Shown piece by piece: positions 9,599 through 19,995 of a stretch of 52,452 nt of DNA. The position numbers and the translations under genes are program-made. This DNA comes from a virus (Duplodnaviria > Caudoviricetes): IMG/VR virus record IMGVR_UViG_3300042923_000082, positions 1 to 52,452 of that record; one strand, written 5' to 3'. The notes below the pieces were generated by a model. The model had not been told where the DNA came from. It saw only the letters and a list, made by a program, of their open reading frames with translations, and searched no databases. The stretch's first letter is position 1; every line of letters begins with the position of its first letter.

Positions 9599-9893
9599 AA
9601 GAATTAAGATACATGATTTATTACTATCAATAGGTGGACCTAATGTATATCTTCAGGCGCCTAGTAATATATTTATGAAATACCCAGCTATTAAATATGA
9701 AGAAAATAAAATAGAAAATATTCATGCCAATGATTTGGTGTATTATCAAAAGAAATCATATACAATAACAGTTATTAGTAAAGATGTAAATGAAAACATA
9801 GTATACCTTGTATCAAAACTTCCACAGTGTAGTTTTGATAGACGATATGTTAAAGACAATCTTTACCATAGTGTATTTGATATGTATTATTAA
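9591..9893 (+). CDS. Tail terminator-like protein
   Basis: Position before the major tail gene; NVYLQAP...MKYPAIKY; SD GGAGG. Confidence 0.6.
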   Translation: MSERIKIHDLLLSIGGPNVYLQAPSNIFMKYPAIKYEENKIENIHANDLVYYQKKSYTITVISKDVNENIVYLVSKLPQCSFDRRYVKDNLYHSVFDMYY

Positions 9894-9905
9894 GGAGGAA
9901 AATAA

Positions 9906-10862
9906 ATGTCTAAATTAGTTTGGGACGAAATGGGAAAACGTTTATACGAAACAGGAGTAAAAATGGGGGTTCTTTACCCTTGGCAAAACTCGGGTTTATA
10001 TTCTAAAGGAGTTGCTTGGAATGGTTTAACAACTGTTACAGAAAGTCCTTCAGGAGCTGAGGCATCACCACAATATGCAGATGACATAAAATATTTGAAC
10101 CTTATATCTGCAGAAGAATTCGGAGCTACGATAGAAGCTTTCACATATCCAGATGAGTTTGCAGTTTGCGATGGGTCATTAGAAATAGAAACTGGAGTAA
10201 TTATCGGTCAACAAAGCCGTAAGTCATTTGGACTTAGTTATAGAACTACACTAGGTAATGATGTCGATGGAACTGATCATGGATATAAACTTCATCTTAT
10301 ATATGGTGCGTTAGCTGCTCCATCTGAGAAAGGATATGCTACTATTAATGATTCTCCAGAAGCTATAACTTTCTCATGGGAAGTTACTACTACACCTGTG
10401 GCAGTAACAGGATTCAAACCAACTGCTTCTTTAGTTATAGACTCAACTAAGGTTGATTCAGCTAAACTTGCTGCTTTGGAACTAATTCTATATGGTAATA
10501 CAGGAGTTGATGCTCGTTTACCTTTACCTGATGAGATTGCTTCTATATTTGCAGCAGCAGCACCAACTGCTTTAACTGTGACAGTCGATCCAGCAGATGA
10601 AGAAACTGGAGTATTAGTTTCTGATAATGTAGTGTTAACATTTAATAATAAAATAAGTGAAGAAAGTATCATAGTTACTTCATCAGTCGGAGCATTGATA
10701 CCTGTAGTTAAGACTTGGGATATTACAGGAAAAATATTGACTATTAATCCTACAGGTGACTTCTCTGCTGCTACTATGTACTTAGTTACTATAGTAGGAG
10801 TTATAGACGTATACAATCAATCACTTGCGCCATCTGTTATTAACTTTACAACTGCAGTCTAG
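9906..10862 (+). CDS. Major tail protein with C-terminal Ig-like domain
   Basis: GVAWNGL, QYADDIKY, ITFSWE motifs; C-terminal beta-rich Ig-like segment (VVLTFN...INFTT). Confidence 0.9.
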   Translation: MSKLVWDEMGKRLYETGVKMGVLYPWQNSGLYSKGVAWNGLTTVTESPSGAEASPQYADDIKYLNLISAEEFGATIEAFTYPDEFAVCDGSLEIETGVIIGQQSRKSFGLSYRTTLGNDVDGTDHGYKLHLIYGALAAPSEKGYATINDSPEAITFSWEVTTTPVAVTGFKPTASLVIDSTKVDSAKLAALELILYGNTGVDARLPLPDEIASIFAAAAPTALTVTVDPADEETGVLVSDNVVLTFNNKISEESIIVTSSVGALIPVVKTWDITGKILTINPTGDFSAATMYLVTIVGVIDVYNQSLAPSVINFTTAV

Positions 10863-10871
10863 TCAAAATGG

Positions 10872-10899
10872 AGACCCCTTGTTTATATATGAGGGGTCT
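10872..10899 (+). terminator. Hairpin after the major tail gene
   Basis: AGACCCCT...AGGGGTCT 8-bp stem; weak U-tract. Confidence 0.55.
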
Positions 10900-10926
10900 A
10901 TTATAAATAAGGAGGACTTTTAAATT

Positions 10927-11241
10927 ATGAAACTTTCAGAAACAGTAGAATTAATGAATAGTAAAGATTTTAAAGAAAGATTTAGAGCTGAATATTTTCA
11001 ATTGATAAACAGAATAGATGGATTAGGAGCTATGTTAGATAAATATAGAAAAGGAAATTTAACTTTTACACCTAAATGTAGTATAAAATTATTAGATGGT
11101 CAATTGAACTCAATGATAATGTATAGAACACATTTAGAGGAAAGAGCTAAATTGGAAGAAGTAAGTTTAGAAGAAGTTGTTGAAATTATTGACAATACCA
11201 TAACAACTCCTCCAAACACTAAAGTCGAGGTGGATAAATAA
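10927..11241 (+). CDS. Small helical phage protein (crAss001_48-like family)
   Basis: DFKERFRAEYxQL...LLxxQLxxMxxYxxxLEERA pattern recognised from memory. Confidence 0.6.
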   Translation: MKLSETVELMNSKDFKERFRAEYFQLINRIDGLGAMLDKYRKGNLTFTPKCSIKLLDGQLNSMIMYRTHLEERAKLEEVSLEEVVEIIDNTITTPPNTKVEVDK

Positions 11242-11243
11242 TC

Positions 11244-11459
11244 ATGAAAACTCCAATAGAACAGATAGAAAATAATTTTAAATATCATGCTCCTAAGGCT
11301 GGTCAACCAGAGAGATACAATCAGTTAAGAGAAAAAGCTAAAGAATTAGCATATCTAATAAATGAATTATGTCCTAATAGTAGAGAACGAGCATTAGCTA
11401 TAACTAAACTCGAGGAAACATCTATGTGGGCAAATGCATCAATAGCAAGGGAGGAATAA
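11244..11459 (+). CDS. Acb2/Tad1-like helical hairpin protein (candidate nucleotide-signal sponge)
   Basis: FKYH...CPNSRERALAITKLEETSMWANASIAR motif. Confidence 0.6.
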   Translation: MKTPIEQIENNFKYHAPKAGQPERYNQLREKAKELAYLINELCPNSRERALAITKLEETSMWANASIAREE

Positions 11460-11461
11460 TT

Positions 11462-11863
11462 ATGTTAAAAAAGACAATATCATATACCGATTATAATGGG
11501 GTGGAAAGAACTGAGGACTTTTACTTCAATCTTACAAAGGCTGAAGTAATGGAAATGGAAATGGGTACCGTTGGTGGATTATCAGAGAAGATAAATAAAG
11601 TAATAGCATCTAAAGATCCAGCAACTATCATTATAATATTCAAAGATCTCGTACTTGGAGCTTATGGTGAAAAGTCAGCAGATGGTAAACATTTTATTAA
11701 GAACGACGAAATAAAGATCGCGTTTTCTCAAACTGAAGCTTACTCTGATCTATTTATGTTGTTAGCAACAGATGCTAAAGAAGCAACATCATTTGTTAAT
11801 GGAATAGTTCCAGCAGTGAAATATGAGGAGGTTGTTAATAATGAAAAAGTATCAATGTCATAA
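11462..11863 (+). CDS. Tail assembly chaperone
   Basis: SD GGAGG before ATG 11462; MLKKTISYTDYNG...EDFYFNL; position upstream of the tape measure gene. Confidence 0.7.
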   Translation: MLKKTISYTDYNGVERTEDFYFNLTKAEVMEMEMGTVGGLSEKINKVIASKDPATIIIIFKDLVLGAYGEKSADGKHFIKNDEIKIAFSQTEAYSDLFMLLATDAKEATSFVNGIVPAVKYEEVVNNEKVSMS

Positions 11864-12019
11864 AATAGTTCAAGCTGAACCAATGAATTTAGGAGAATAT
11901 AATAAGTTTAAATGTTGGACAATACCTGAAGATGAAGATCCTGAGAGAGAAGGATATAAAGTTGTATATCATGGTCTCCAAAAGAACAGTTCGAAGATGG
12001 TTATAATGAAATAAATTAA
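11841..12019 (+). pseudogene. Frameshifted Tad2/DUF2829-like small gene
   Basis: MKKYQCHKIVQAEPM...EGYKVVY, then the family-typical SWSPKEQFEDGY continues in another frame from 11969 to TAA 12019. Confidence 0.65.
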
Positions 12020-12033
12020 AAGGAGGTAATGAA

Positions 12034-12573
12034 ATGTTTCAACTTGTTATACCTGATCTCGAAAGCTATGATGAAGGCAAGGGTGAATTTATAAATGTCA
12101 AAGGACAAACTATACAAGTTGAACATTCACTCGTCTCACTTTCAAAATGGGAATCAAAATGGCATAAGCCTTTCCTAGGCAAAGAACATAAAACTACCGA
12201 AGAAACTATAGATTATGTTAAGTGTATGACCATAACTCAAAACGTTAAACCAGAGATTTATAACAATATAACTAATAATAATATTGAAATGATTAGCGAG
12301 TACATAGCTGCTACTATGTCCGCGACCACTTTCAATGATACTAATGACAAACCACAGAATGAGATAATAACATCTGAAATAATTTACTACATGATGATAA
12401 TATATAATATACCATTAGAATGTCAAAAATGGCATCTAAATAGACTTCTGACTCTGATAAGAGTATGCGGACATAAAAATAATCCAAATAAAAAGATGTC
12501 AAGGTCTGAGATAATTAATAGAAATAGGGATTTAAATAACAAAAGAAGACAACAATTAAACAGTAATGGGTAA
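12034..12573 (+). CDS. Tail assembly chaperone (second)
   Basis: EHSLVSLSKWESKWHKPFL, WHLNRLLTLI; position upstream of the tape measure gene. Confidence 0.65.
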   Translation: MFQLVIPDLESYDEGKGEFINVKGQTIQVEHSLVSLSKWESKWHKPFLGKEHKTTEETIDYVKCMTITQNVKPEIYNNITNNNIEMISEYIAATMSATTFNDTNDKPQNEIITSEIIYYMMIIYNIPLECQKWHLNRLLTLIRVCGHKNNPNKKMSRSEIINRNRDLNNKRRQQLNSNG

Positions 12574-12587
12574 GGAGGAATTACATA

Positions 12588-12965
12588 ATGATAACATTTG
12601 GTAACAAAGGTGATTTCTCAAAAACATTAGATTTTTTAAATAATACATCCAAAAATAAGATAACAAGAATACTAGACAAATACGGTAACGAAGGTGTTGA
12701 AATACTTTCAAAAAATACACCATTAGATTCGGGAGTAACTTCTTCATCTTGGTATTATAAGATCGAAACAGTTAAGGGTAAGGCAACTATATCCTGGTTT
12801 AATTCTAATGTTGTAAATGGAGTGCCAATCGCCATAATATTACAATATGGTCATGGTACTCAAAATGGTGGTTATGTTGCAGGAAGGGACTATATTAACC
12901 CTGCAATGAAACCACTGTTTGATAAAATTGCAAATCAAGTATGGAAGGAGGTTATTAATAAATGA
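12588..12965 (+). CDS. HK97 gp10-like tail completion protein
   Basis: TPLDSG...LQYGHGT...DYINPAM motifs. Confidence 0.75.
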   Translation: MITFGNKGDFSKTLDFLNNTSKNKITRILDKYGNEGVEILSKNTPLDSGVTSSSWYYKIETVKGKATISWFNSNVVNGVPIAIILQYGHGTQNGGYVAGRDYINPAMKPLFDKIANQVWKEVINK

Positions 12966-15900
12966 GTAGTATCGACGAACGAATCTTATCGATGAAGTTT
13001 GATAATAAACAATTTGAAAGCGGTGTCGCTACTAGTATGAACACCCTAAATGGTCTTAAGAAAGGATTAGATCTTTCAGGATCAGCTAAGGGACTAGAAT
13101 CTATTAACGATGCTGCAAAAAGAGTAAGTTTTGATGGAATGGCGAACAGTATTGAATCAGTAAAGGTTAAATTCTCAGCACTTCAAGTTATCGCTGTAAC
13201 AGCTCTGTCTAATATAGCAAACTCAGCTGTAACTGCTGGAAAGAATCTTATATCGTCATTAACTATCGATCCAATAATGGAAGGTTTCAAGGAATATGAA
13301 ACTCAGATGAATGCCATACAAACCATATTAGCTAATACATCAACTAAAGGTACTACTCTAGTTGAAGTAAAAGCCGCTTTACAAGAACTTAATACCTACT
13401 CCGATAAAACCATTTATAATTTCACTGAGATGAGTAAAAATATTGGTACTTTCACTGCGGCTGGCGTAGACTTAAAAACATCAACTGCAGCCATTAAAGG
13501 TATAGCTAATTTAGCGGCTGTATCCGGATCAAATTCTCAACAAGCATCGACAGCTATGTATCAACTCTCTCAGGCATTAGCTGCCGGTAGAGTAAACTTA
13601 CAAGACTGGAACTCAGTTGTTAACGCCGGTATGGGTGGTGCCGTATTTCAAAATTCATTAAAAGAAACTGGTAAATTAATGGGTAAGAATATAGATGAGT
13701 CCCAATCGTTCAGAGATTCTATTAGTGATAAAGATGGAACCGGTTGGTTAACATCTGACGTTCTAATAGCCACTCTTCAAAAATTTACTGGTGATATGAC
13801 TGCTTCTGAATTAGCAGCTAAAGGTTACACACAAACTCAAATAGAGTCTATAATCAAAATGGGTCAGACTGCTAACGACGCTGCTACTAAAGTTAAGACG
13901 TTTACTCAATTACTTGACACTCTAAAAGAAGCAGTTGGATCAGGATGGGCTCAAACTTGGCAAACTTTATTTGGAGACTTTGAAGAAGCTAAAGTAATGT
14001 TTACTGATGTAAGTAATGTTCTAGGTGGAATTATAGGTGCCTCATCTAAGGCTCGTAATGATATGCTTACTGGATGGAAAGACTTAGGTGGTCGAACTGC
14101 ATTGATTGATGCTATTAAAAACGCATTCGATGGTGTTATGAGTGTAGTAACTACTCTTAGTGGTGCATTCAGAGATATATTTCCAGCTACAACATCAGCT
14201 CAATTATTCAGTTTCACAGAGGGTTTAAAAAGTCTAACTGAAAACTTTAAGTTCAGCGAAACAACACTATCAAATCTTAGATCAACATTCAAAGGAGTCT
14301 TTGCTATATTAGATATAGGTAAGACAATATTTCTAGCAGTGGCTAATGCCATAGGAATAATGCTAGGAGGAGTTGGAGATCTCGGTTCAAGTATATTAGG
14401 TTTGACTGGATCTTTAGGAGAGTGGTTTACGGCTTTAGACAACTCTATTAAAAAGTCTGATGTCTTTAATAAAGTATTAACTGCTCTAGCATATGGCATT
14501 AAAAATGCCTTCAGTTCAATAGCATTTGTATTTGACTTAGTAGTAAAAGGAATGCAGAAAGTTATTGCTGTTATAAGTGAAAAGATAAGTTTACCTTCAT
14601 TTGAAGACATACAAGCATTCTTAGAACTACTAGGTAAGAGAATGACTAGCATTAGTAATGAAGCCGATGGTATGAAAACAGTAATAAGTGGAGCTTTCGT
14701 TGGTATCGCCAAATCAATTGCTGATAGTAAGATTGGTGAATTATTCACTGCGATATGGAACACAGTTAAAGTAGTCTCAGATAGTATTGGAACTTTAGTT
14801 GGTAAAATGGCAGATTCAATTACTAAAGCATTTAGCAACGCTAACTTTAGTGGTATGTTTGATGCTATAGCCGGAGTATCAATAGGTGCAGTGGCTATAT
14901 CAATTAGTAAATTCTTAAAGAGTTTAACTGAACCATTACACGGCTTACAAGGAATGATAGATGGTGTTACTGGTATTCTTGATGGTGTTAGAGGTAGCTT
15001 CGAAGCTTACCAACAAAATTTAAAAGCTGGTATTTTACTTAAATTAGCAATGGCTATAGGTATACTTGCAGCATCAATTGTAGCAATATCACTAATAGAC
15101 TCAGGAAAATTGACTAGTTCACTTGCTGCAATAGGAACTTTATTTGCACAATTATTAATTGCAATGAAATTATTTACAACTATAGGTGAATTTAAAGGCG
15201 GAGTTATTAAAGCTAGTATAGTTATGATAACCATGTCAACAGCTATTCTTATATTATCAACCGCTATGGCCAAACTTGCAACTTTGGATTGGAATGGTAT
15301 TGCTAAAGGAACTGTTGGTATTGCAGCTTTGTCTGGAACATTAGTAGCGACTTCTAAATTACTATCTACTGGTAGCGGATCAATGATTAAAGGATCAGCA
15401 GGAATTGTAGCCTTTGCTTTGGCTATAAAAGTATTAGCTTCAGCCTGTGCCGACCTATCTAAACTAAGTTGGAACGAACTAGCTAAAGGTTTGACTGGAG
15501 TAGGAGTATTACTTGCTGAAATATCAGTATTCCTAAACACTGCTAAATTTAGCGCTAAGTCGACGTTAACTGCAACGGGTATTGTTATATTAGCAGCTGC
15601 TATGAAAGTATTAGCTTCAGCCTGTGCTGACTTTGGAAATTTATCCTGGTCTGAAATAAGTAAAGGGTTGATTAGTATAGGAGTATTACTTGGAGAATTA
15701 TCATTATTTTCTAATATTACAGGTAATGCTAAAAATGTTATATCTACAGGTGTTGCTCTAATCGCTATTGCTGCGGCTATGAAAATATTAGCTTCAGCTA
15801 TGGCTGACTTTGGTCGTATGTCTTGGTCTGAAATAGCTAAGGGATTAGTGGCGATGGGCGTGGCTTTAACTGAGATATCAATAGCTGTAAAATTAATGCC

Positions 15901-17587
15901 TAAAAACATCGCAGTTACAGCATCTGGATTAGTTATTATGGGTGGTGCTTTAATATTAATAGCTGATGCACTTAAAAACATGGGTAGTATGTCCTGGGAA
16001 GAAATAGCTAAAGGTTTAATTACTATGGGTGGAGCTTTAACTATTCTATCTATAGCGTTATCGTCAATGACTGGGTCGCTTGCCGGGTCTGCAGCATTAT
16101 TAGTTGCAGCAGGAGCATTAATGATATTAGCACCAGCGTTGTCTATGCTTGGAGCTATGACATGGGAAAGTATAATTAAAGGTCTTGTAGATTTAGCAGC
16201 TACAATAGCTATATTTGCAATAGCCGCAGCAGTATTAACTCCGATACTTCCATCTATGCTTGGTTTGGGAGCAGCTTTGGTTTTACTAGGGGTATCTATG
16301 ATTGGTATAGGTGCTGGTTTAGCATTAGTTGGTGTAGGTTTGTCAGGGGTAGCAGCAGGGTTTATATTATTGGCTGGCGTTACAGCTACAGGTGCAACTG
16401 CTATTGTTACAGCATTAGGAATTATAATAATAGGTGTAGCTGCATTGATACCTCAAGTTATGGCTAAAATTGGCGAAGGTATAATAGCGTTCTGTAAAGT
16501 ATTATCTGATGGTATACCTACAATAGTAGCCACAATAACTACTATAATAGCAGCCATCGTAGATTGTATAGTTACAAATATACCAGTAATACTAAACGGA
16601 GTGTTAACAACACTATCATCTATACTTGATGCTTTAATAACTTGGATTCCAACTATAAGTCAGAAAGTTGCAGATATAATACTTGCCCTATTAAAAGTTA
16701 TAGCAGATAATATACCTAAATTCGTAAAGGCTGGGGTAGACATAATAGTTGGATATATTCAAGGGATTACTGATAGTTTACCTAAGGTTATAGACGCAGC
16801 AGCTAAATTAATTGTTAGTTTTATAAATGGATTAGCTGATGCTGTCGATGCTAACGCAGGACCAATGGGAGATGCGTGTTTAAAATTAGTAAAAGCTATA
16901 GTAGATGGCATACGTTCACTAGAAGATAAGTTCATAGACGCTGGTATATATGCAGTACAAGGATATATAAAAGGATTAGCAAGTATGCCTGGAAAGATAT
17001 GGGATGCTGGAGCAGCATTAGGTAATGAAGCACTTGCAGCAGCTAAAAAAGCATTGAAAGAGCATTCACCATCTAGAGAATTTAAACAAGTTGGAGTTTA
17101 CGCAGGTGAAGGTCTTGTTATAGGTCTTAATAATATGGGAACTAAAGTGTCTAATGCTGGATATGATATGGGATCTAATGCTCTCGACTCGATGTCAAAC
17201 TCTATTGCTGGCATTACAGATGTTATTAATAGTGACATAGATTCACAACCGGTTATACGACCAGTTTTAGATTTAACAGACATTCAAAATGGAAGTAACA
17301 AATTATATAGTATGATGAATGGTATAGACAATTATGGAATAGACAGTTCTATAAATTCAGTTAGTTCAACTGCTAGGAGTATACAAAGTAAACAGGTTGT
17401 TAATGAACCTATTAATAATGGAGGTACTAATTTAGCAACTACAAATAACCCAACAACATCGAAACAACCAATGGCAATACAACTAGTATTACAAAATGGA
17501 AAGGCTATTGCTGAGTACATAATTGATGATGTAGATAATTTAATGGGTGTTAAAAATAACTTTACAGGAAGGATGGTTGGATCATGA
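12962..17587 (+). CDS. Tape measure protein
   Basis: 1541 aa, Ala/Gly/Ile-rich periodic repeats (SWxEIAKGL), N-terminal tape-measure domain, HSPSR motif. Confidence 0.93.
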   Translation: MSSIDERILSMKFDNKQFESGVATSMNTLNGLKKGLDLSGSAKGLESINDAAKRVSFDGMANSIESVKVKFSALQVIAVTALSNIANSAVTAGKNLISSLTIDPIMEGFKEYETQMNAIQTILANTSTKGTTLVEVKAALQELNTYSDKTIYNFTEMSKNIGTFTAAGVDLKTSTAAIKGIANLAAVSGSNSQQASTAMYQLSQALAAGRVNLQDWNSVVNAGMGGAVFQNSLKETGKLMGKNIDESQSFRDSISDKDGTGWLTSDVLIATLQKFTGDMTASELAAKGYTQTQIESIIKMGQTANDAATKVKTFTQLLDTLKEAVGSGWAQTWQTLFGDFEEAKVMFTDVSNVLGGIIGASSKARNDMLTGWKDLGGRTALIDAIKNAFDGVMSVVTTLSGAFRDIFPATTSAQLFSFTEGLKSLTENFKFSETTLSNLRSTFKGVFAILDIGKTIFLAVANAIGIMLGGVGDLGSSILGLTGSLGEWFTALDNSIKKSDVFNKVLTALAYGIKNAFSSIAFVFDLVVKGMQKVIAVISEKISLPSFEDIQAFLELLGKRMTSISNEADGMKTVISGAFVGIAKSIADSKIGELFTAIWNTVKVVSDSIGTLVGKMADSITKAFSNANFSGMFDAIAGVSIGAVAISISKFLKSLTEPLHGLQGMIDGVTGILDGVRGSFEAYQQNLKAGILLKLAMAIGILAASIVAISLIDSGKLTSSLAAIGTLFAQLLIAMKLFTTIGEFKGGVIKASIVMITMSTAILILSTAMAKLATLDWNGIAKGTVGIAALSGTLVATSKLLSTGSGSMIKGSAGIVAFALAIKVLASACADLSKLSWNELAKGLTGVGVLLAEISVFLNTAKFSAKSTLTATGIVILAAAMKVLASACADFGNLSWSEISKGLISIGVLLGELSLFSNITGNAKNVISTGVALIAIAAAMKILASAMADFGRMSWSEIAKGLVAMGVALTEISIAVKLMPKNIAVTASGLVIMGGALILIADALKNMGSMSWEEIAKGLITMGGALTILSIALSSMTGSLAGSAALLVAAGALMILAPALSMLGAMTWESIIKGLVDLAATIAIFAIAAAVLTPILPSMLGLGAALVLLGVSMIGIGAGLALVGVGLSGVAAGFILLAGVTATGATAIVTALGIIIIGVAALIPQVMAKIGEGIIAFCKVLSDGIPTIVATITTIIAAIVDCIVTNIPVILNGVLTTLSSILDALITWIPTISQKVADIILALLKVIADNIPKFVKAGVDIIVGYIQGITDSLPKVIDAAAKLIVSFINGLADAVDANAGPMGDACLKLVKAIVDGIRSLEDKFIDAGIYAVQGYIKGLASMPGKIWDAGAALGNEALAAAKKALKEHSPSREFKQVGVYAGEGLVIGLNNMGTKVSNAGYDMGSNALDSMSNSIAGITDVINSDIDSQPVIRPVLDLTDIQNGSNKLYSMMNGIDNYGIDSSINSVSSTARSIQSKQVVNEPINNGGTNLATTNNPTTSKQPMAIQLVLQNGKAIAEYIIDDVDNLMGVKNNFTGRMVGS

Positions 17588-18303
17588 ACACATTAATGTC
17601 TGGTTTAAGAGGATTTACATTTAATGGTAAACATAATAACGATGTTGGAGTGGTTATGCATAATAAATCAATCCAATCTCCTCCTAAGAAAAAGATAAAG
17701 GATTCAGTTCCTTTTATGAATGGTAGTTATGACTTTAGTACAATAGGAAGTAATGGTGAAATAGTTTATTCAGAACGAGAAATAACTATAGTTTTAGGTT
17801 TACCAGCAGAAACTAAAGAGAGGTTGCAAGTATTATACTCCACAACACTAGAATGGTTAGTAGATGTTGGTAAACAAAAATTAGTGTTTGATGTTATAAA
17901 AGATTACTATTTTATGGCTGAAGTAGAAGAAACAAGTTCGTTTGAAGAGACTATGGAATTCGGTAAATTAGAAATAAAATTTGTAGTTGATCCTTTTAAG
18001 TCTTCAGTAGACTATGTCGGAGTAAATATATGGGACACTTTCAATTTCGAAGAAGATTATTTACAGGATTCTGGTTATGATGTAGTTGGTTCTAAAACAA
18101 TAACCCTTTATAACCCTGGAAGGACTGTAAGACCAATCATAAATTGTAATGCTCCTATGACACTTATTCAAAATGGAAAGAGTTATGATTTAGTAGTTGG
18201 TGATAATAAGTTATATGGATTCTATTTAACTAACTTAGCTAATACTCTAACCATTAATGGAACTGGGAGAATTAACTTTATATTTAGAAAGGAGAGTATA
18301 TAA
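17584..18303 (+). CDS. Distal tail protein (Dit)
   Basis: Directly after the tape measure gene; FTFNG...VPFMNGSYDFS. Confidence 0.8.
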   Translation: MNTLMSGLRGFTFNGKHNNDVGVVMHNKSIQSPPKKKIKDSVPFMNGSYDFSTIGSNGEIVYSEREITIVLGLPAETKERLQVLYSTTLEWLVDVGKQKLVFDVIKDYYFMAEVEETSSFEETMEFGKLEIKFVVDPFKSSVDYVGVNIWDTFNFEEDYLQDSGYDVVGSKTITLYNPGRTVRPIINCNAPMTLIQNGKSYDLVVGDNKLYGFYLTNLANTLTINGTGRINFIFRKESI

Positions 18304-19979
18304 TGTATAGGATGTCAATATTTAATAATAATGTTGAAACTATTGTACATTTTCCAAGTGCAAATATAGATGACCCACATGTGCAAAAAATGGCATTAAA
18401 AGAAGGACTATCAGTAGTAGATACTCTCACTTTCTCTTTATATGCTACTAACCAAGGATATGATAAAGTATTTGAATTAACTACAAGAGTAAAGGTATTA
18501 GATGTTAGGGATAACTCTATTAGATTTACTGGTAGAATATTAGATATAAATAATAAAATGGATAGCTCTGGTGTAGTATATAAAGAAATTACGGCTGAAG
18601 GAGCATTAAGTTTCCTAAATGATACTAAATTAAGAGGTAGTTCATTTTATGCTGATAATGTTACAGGATTTCTATCACAGATTTTAGGAGTTCATAATTC
18701 TAAAGTCGAATCTGGAAAACAAATACAAATAGGTAATGTGGATATACCTGGTAATGTAATTCATACATGCGAGTTTAAAACTACATTTTCTGAGATAATA
18801 GCAGTAAAGGAAAAACTTGGTGGTCAGATAAGAATAAGGGAAGTAAACGATATACTATATATGGACTGGTTACAATCCTTTAGTGATACCGTTTTGGAAG
18901 TAAGTTTAGGTGTTAACATGAAAGATATGATAGTTAGTAAAGACGTTACTAGTCTTGGCACTAGAATCATACCTATAGGAGCTAATAATTTGACTATAGA
19001 ATCAGTAAATGGTGGTTTAGATTATTTAGAAGATGCTGGGGCTAAAGCAATATATGGTGTTATTGAGAAAACGGTAGAATATAGAGATATAGAGGACGCT
19101 ACAATATTAAGGAATACTTGTATATCTGGAATATCTGAGCATACTCAACCATCGTATATACTAACAAGTAATGCTTTAGATTTAAGTTTCCTGTCAGGTA
19201 ATAAGGCTGAACAATTTGCGTTAGGTGTAAAACTACATTTATTAAATCGTTTTATGGGTGTGGATTCTATTTATAGTATTGTCAATATTGATTTAGATTT
19301 ATTAGAACCATATAATCCTAATCTAACCATATCCAAAAAACCAGTAACGTTGTCGACGGCTATTAATGATTTAAGAAAATCCTCTATTCAAAATAATGGT
19401 GTTTATAACAATGTTCAAATTGGCAGTGCATATGGTATTAGAGCAGTTAGAAGTGATAATAAAGTCGTAACTACTATGAACGCAACTGAGGGTATAAGCA
19501 TAGAAAATCAAAATCAGAAAGTATTCTATGTCGATATTAATGGTAAATTAGTAGCTGTCGATATAACAGCACAAGGTGGAACATTTGATAATATTACAGT
19601 TAACCAAGGAACGTTTAATGATATAACTGCACAAGGTGGAACATTTGATAGTATTACAGCTACAGGTGGTTTAACAATTCAAGATAATTCAGCTTCATGT
19701 ACTATAAATTCCTCAGGTGTACATTTAGTTGGTTCATCCGGAGCAATAGCGGACGTAGAAATTATAGAGGATGGTTCCCACACAGGAGTAAATATCCCAG
19801 ATGATTTATATGTTCAAGATGTATTACGTGTTTTCGGTAAGCTTAATGCAGAGGCCGACGCTCGTTTTTATGCTAATGTAAAGATAAATGGAACTTTAAC
19901 TTTAGATGATGTTACTTTGGATGATTATGTTAATGACCTAATACACGATTACAGCGTAGCTCATAATTGGGAAACTTAG
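18303..19979 (+). CDS. Tail-associated baseplate hub / Tal-like protein
   Basis: After Dit; FTGRI, TRIIPIG, YGVIEK motifs; C-terminal 10-aa repeats. Confidence 0.78.
   Translation: MYRMSIFNNNVETIVHFPSANIDDPHVQKMALKEGLSVVDTLTFSLYATNQGYDKVFELTTRVKVLDVRDNSIRFTGRILDINNKMDSSGVVYKEITAEGALSFLNDTKLRGSSFYADNVTGFLSQILGVHNSKVESGKQIQIGNVDIPGNVIHTCEFKTTFSEIIAVKEKLGGQIRIREVNDILYMDWLQSFSDTVLEVSLGVNMKDMIVSKDVTSLGTRIIPIGANNLTIESVNGGLDYLEDAGAKAIYGVIEKTVEYRDIEDATILRNTCISGISEHTQPSYILTSNALDLSFLSGNKAEQFALGVKLHLLNRFMGVDSIYSIVNIDLDLLEPYNPNLTISKKPVTLSTAINDLRKSSIQNNGVYNNVQIGSAYGIRAVRSDNKVVTTMNATEGISIENQNQKVFYVDINGKLVAVDITAQGGTFDNITVNQGTFNDITAQGGTFDSITATGGLTIQDNSASCTINSSGVHLVGSSGAIADVEIIEDGSHTGVNIPDDLYVQDVLRVFGKLNAEADARFYANVKINGTLTLDDVTLDDYVNDLIHDYSVAHNWET
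19560..19670 (+). repeat. Intragenic 30-nt period tandem repeat encoding DITAQGGTFD/NITVNQGTFN/DITAQGGTFD/SITATGG
   Basis: GATATAAC(A/T)GCACAAGGTGGAACATTTGATA occurs twice, 60 nt apart. Confidence 0.85.
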
Positions 19980-19995
19980 AAGGAGGTGATTCAAA

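Noticed and set aside
11855-12034. Classical slippery-site frameshift joining the two tail chaperones
   Set aside because: The chaperone genes are separated by an inserted gene, the second has its own strong SD, and I saw no clear XXXYYYZ site at the end of the first
10292-17520. Long minus-strand ORFs (10292..10816, 14200..14838, 15007..15981 and others)
   Set aside because: Antisense shadows of the major tail and tape measure genes, caused by codon bias; no motifs or SDs
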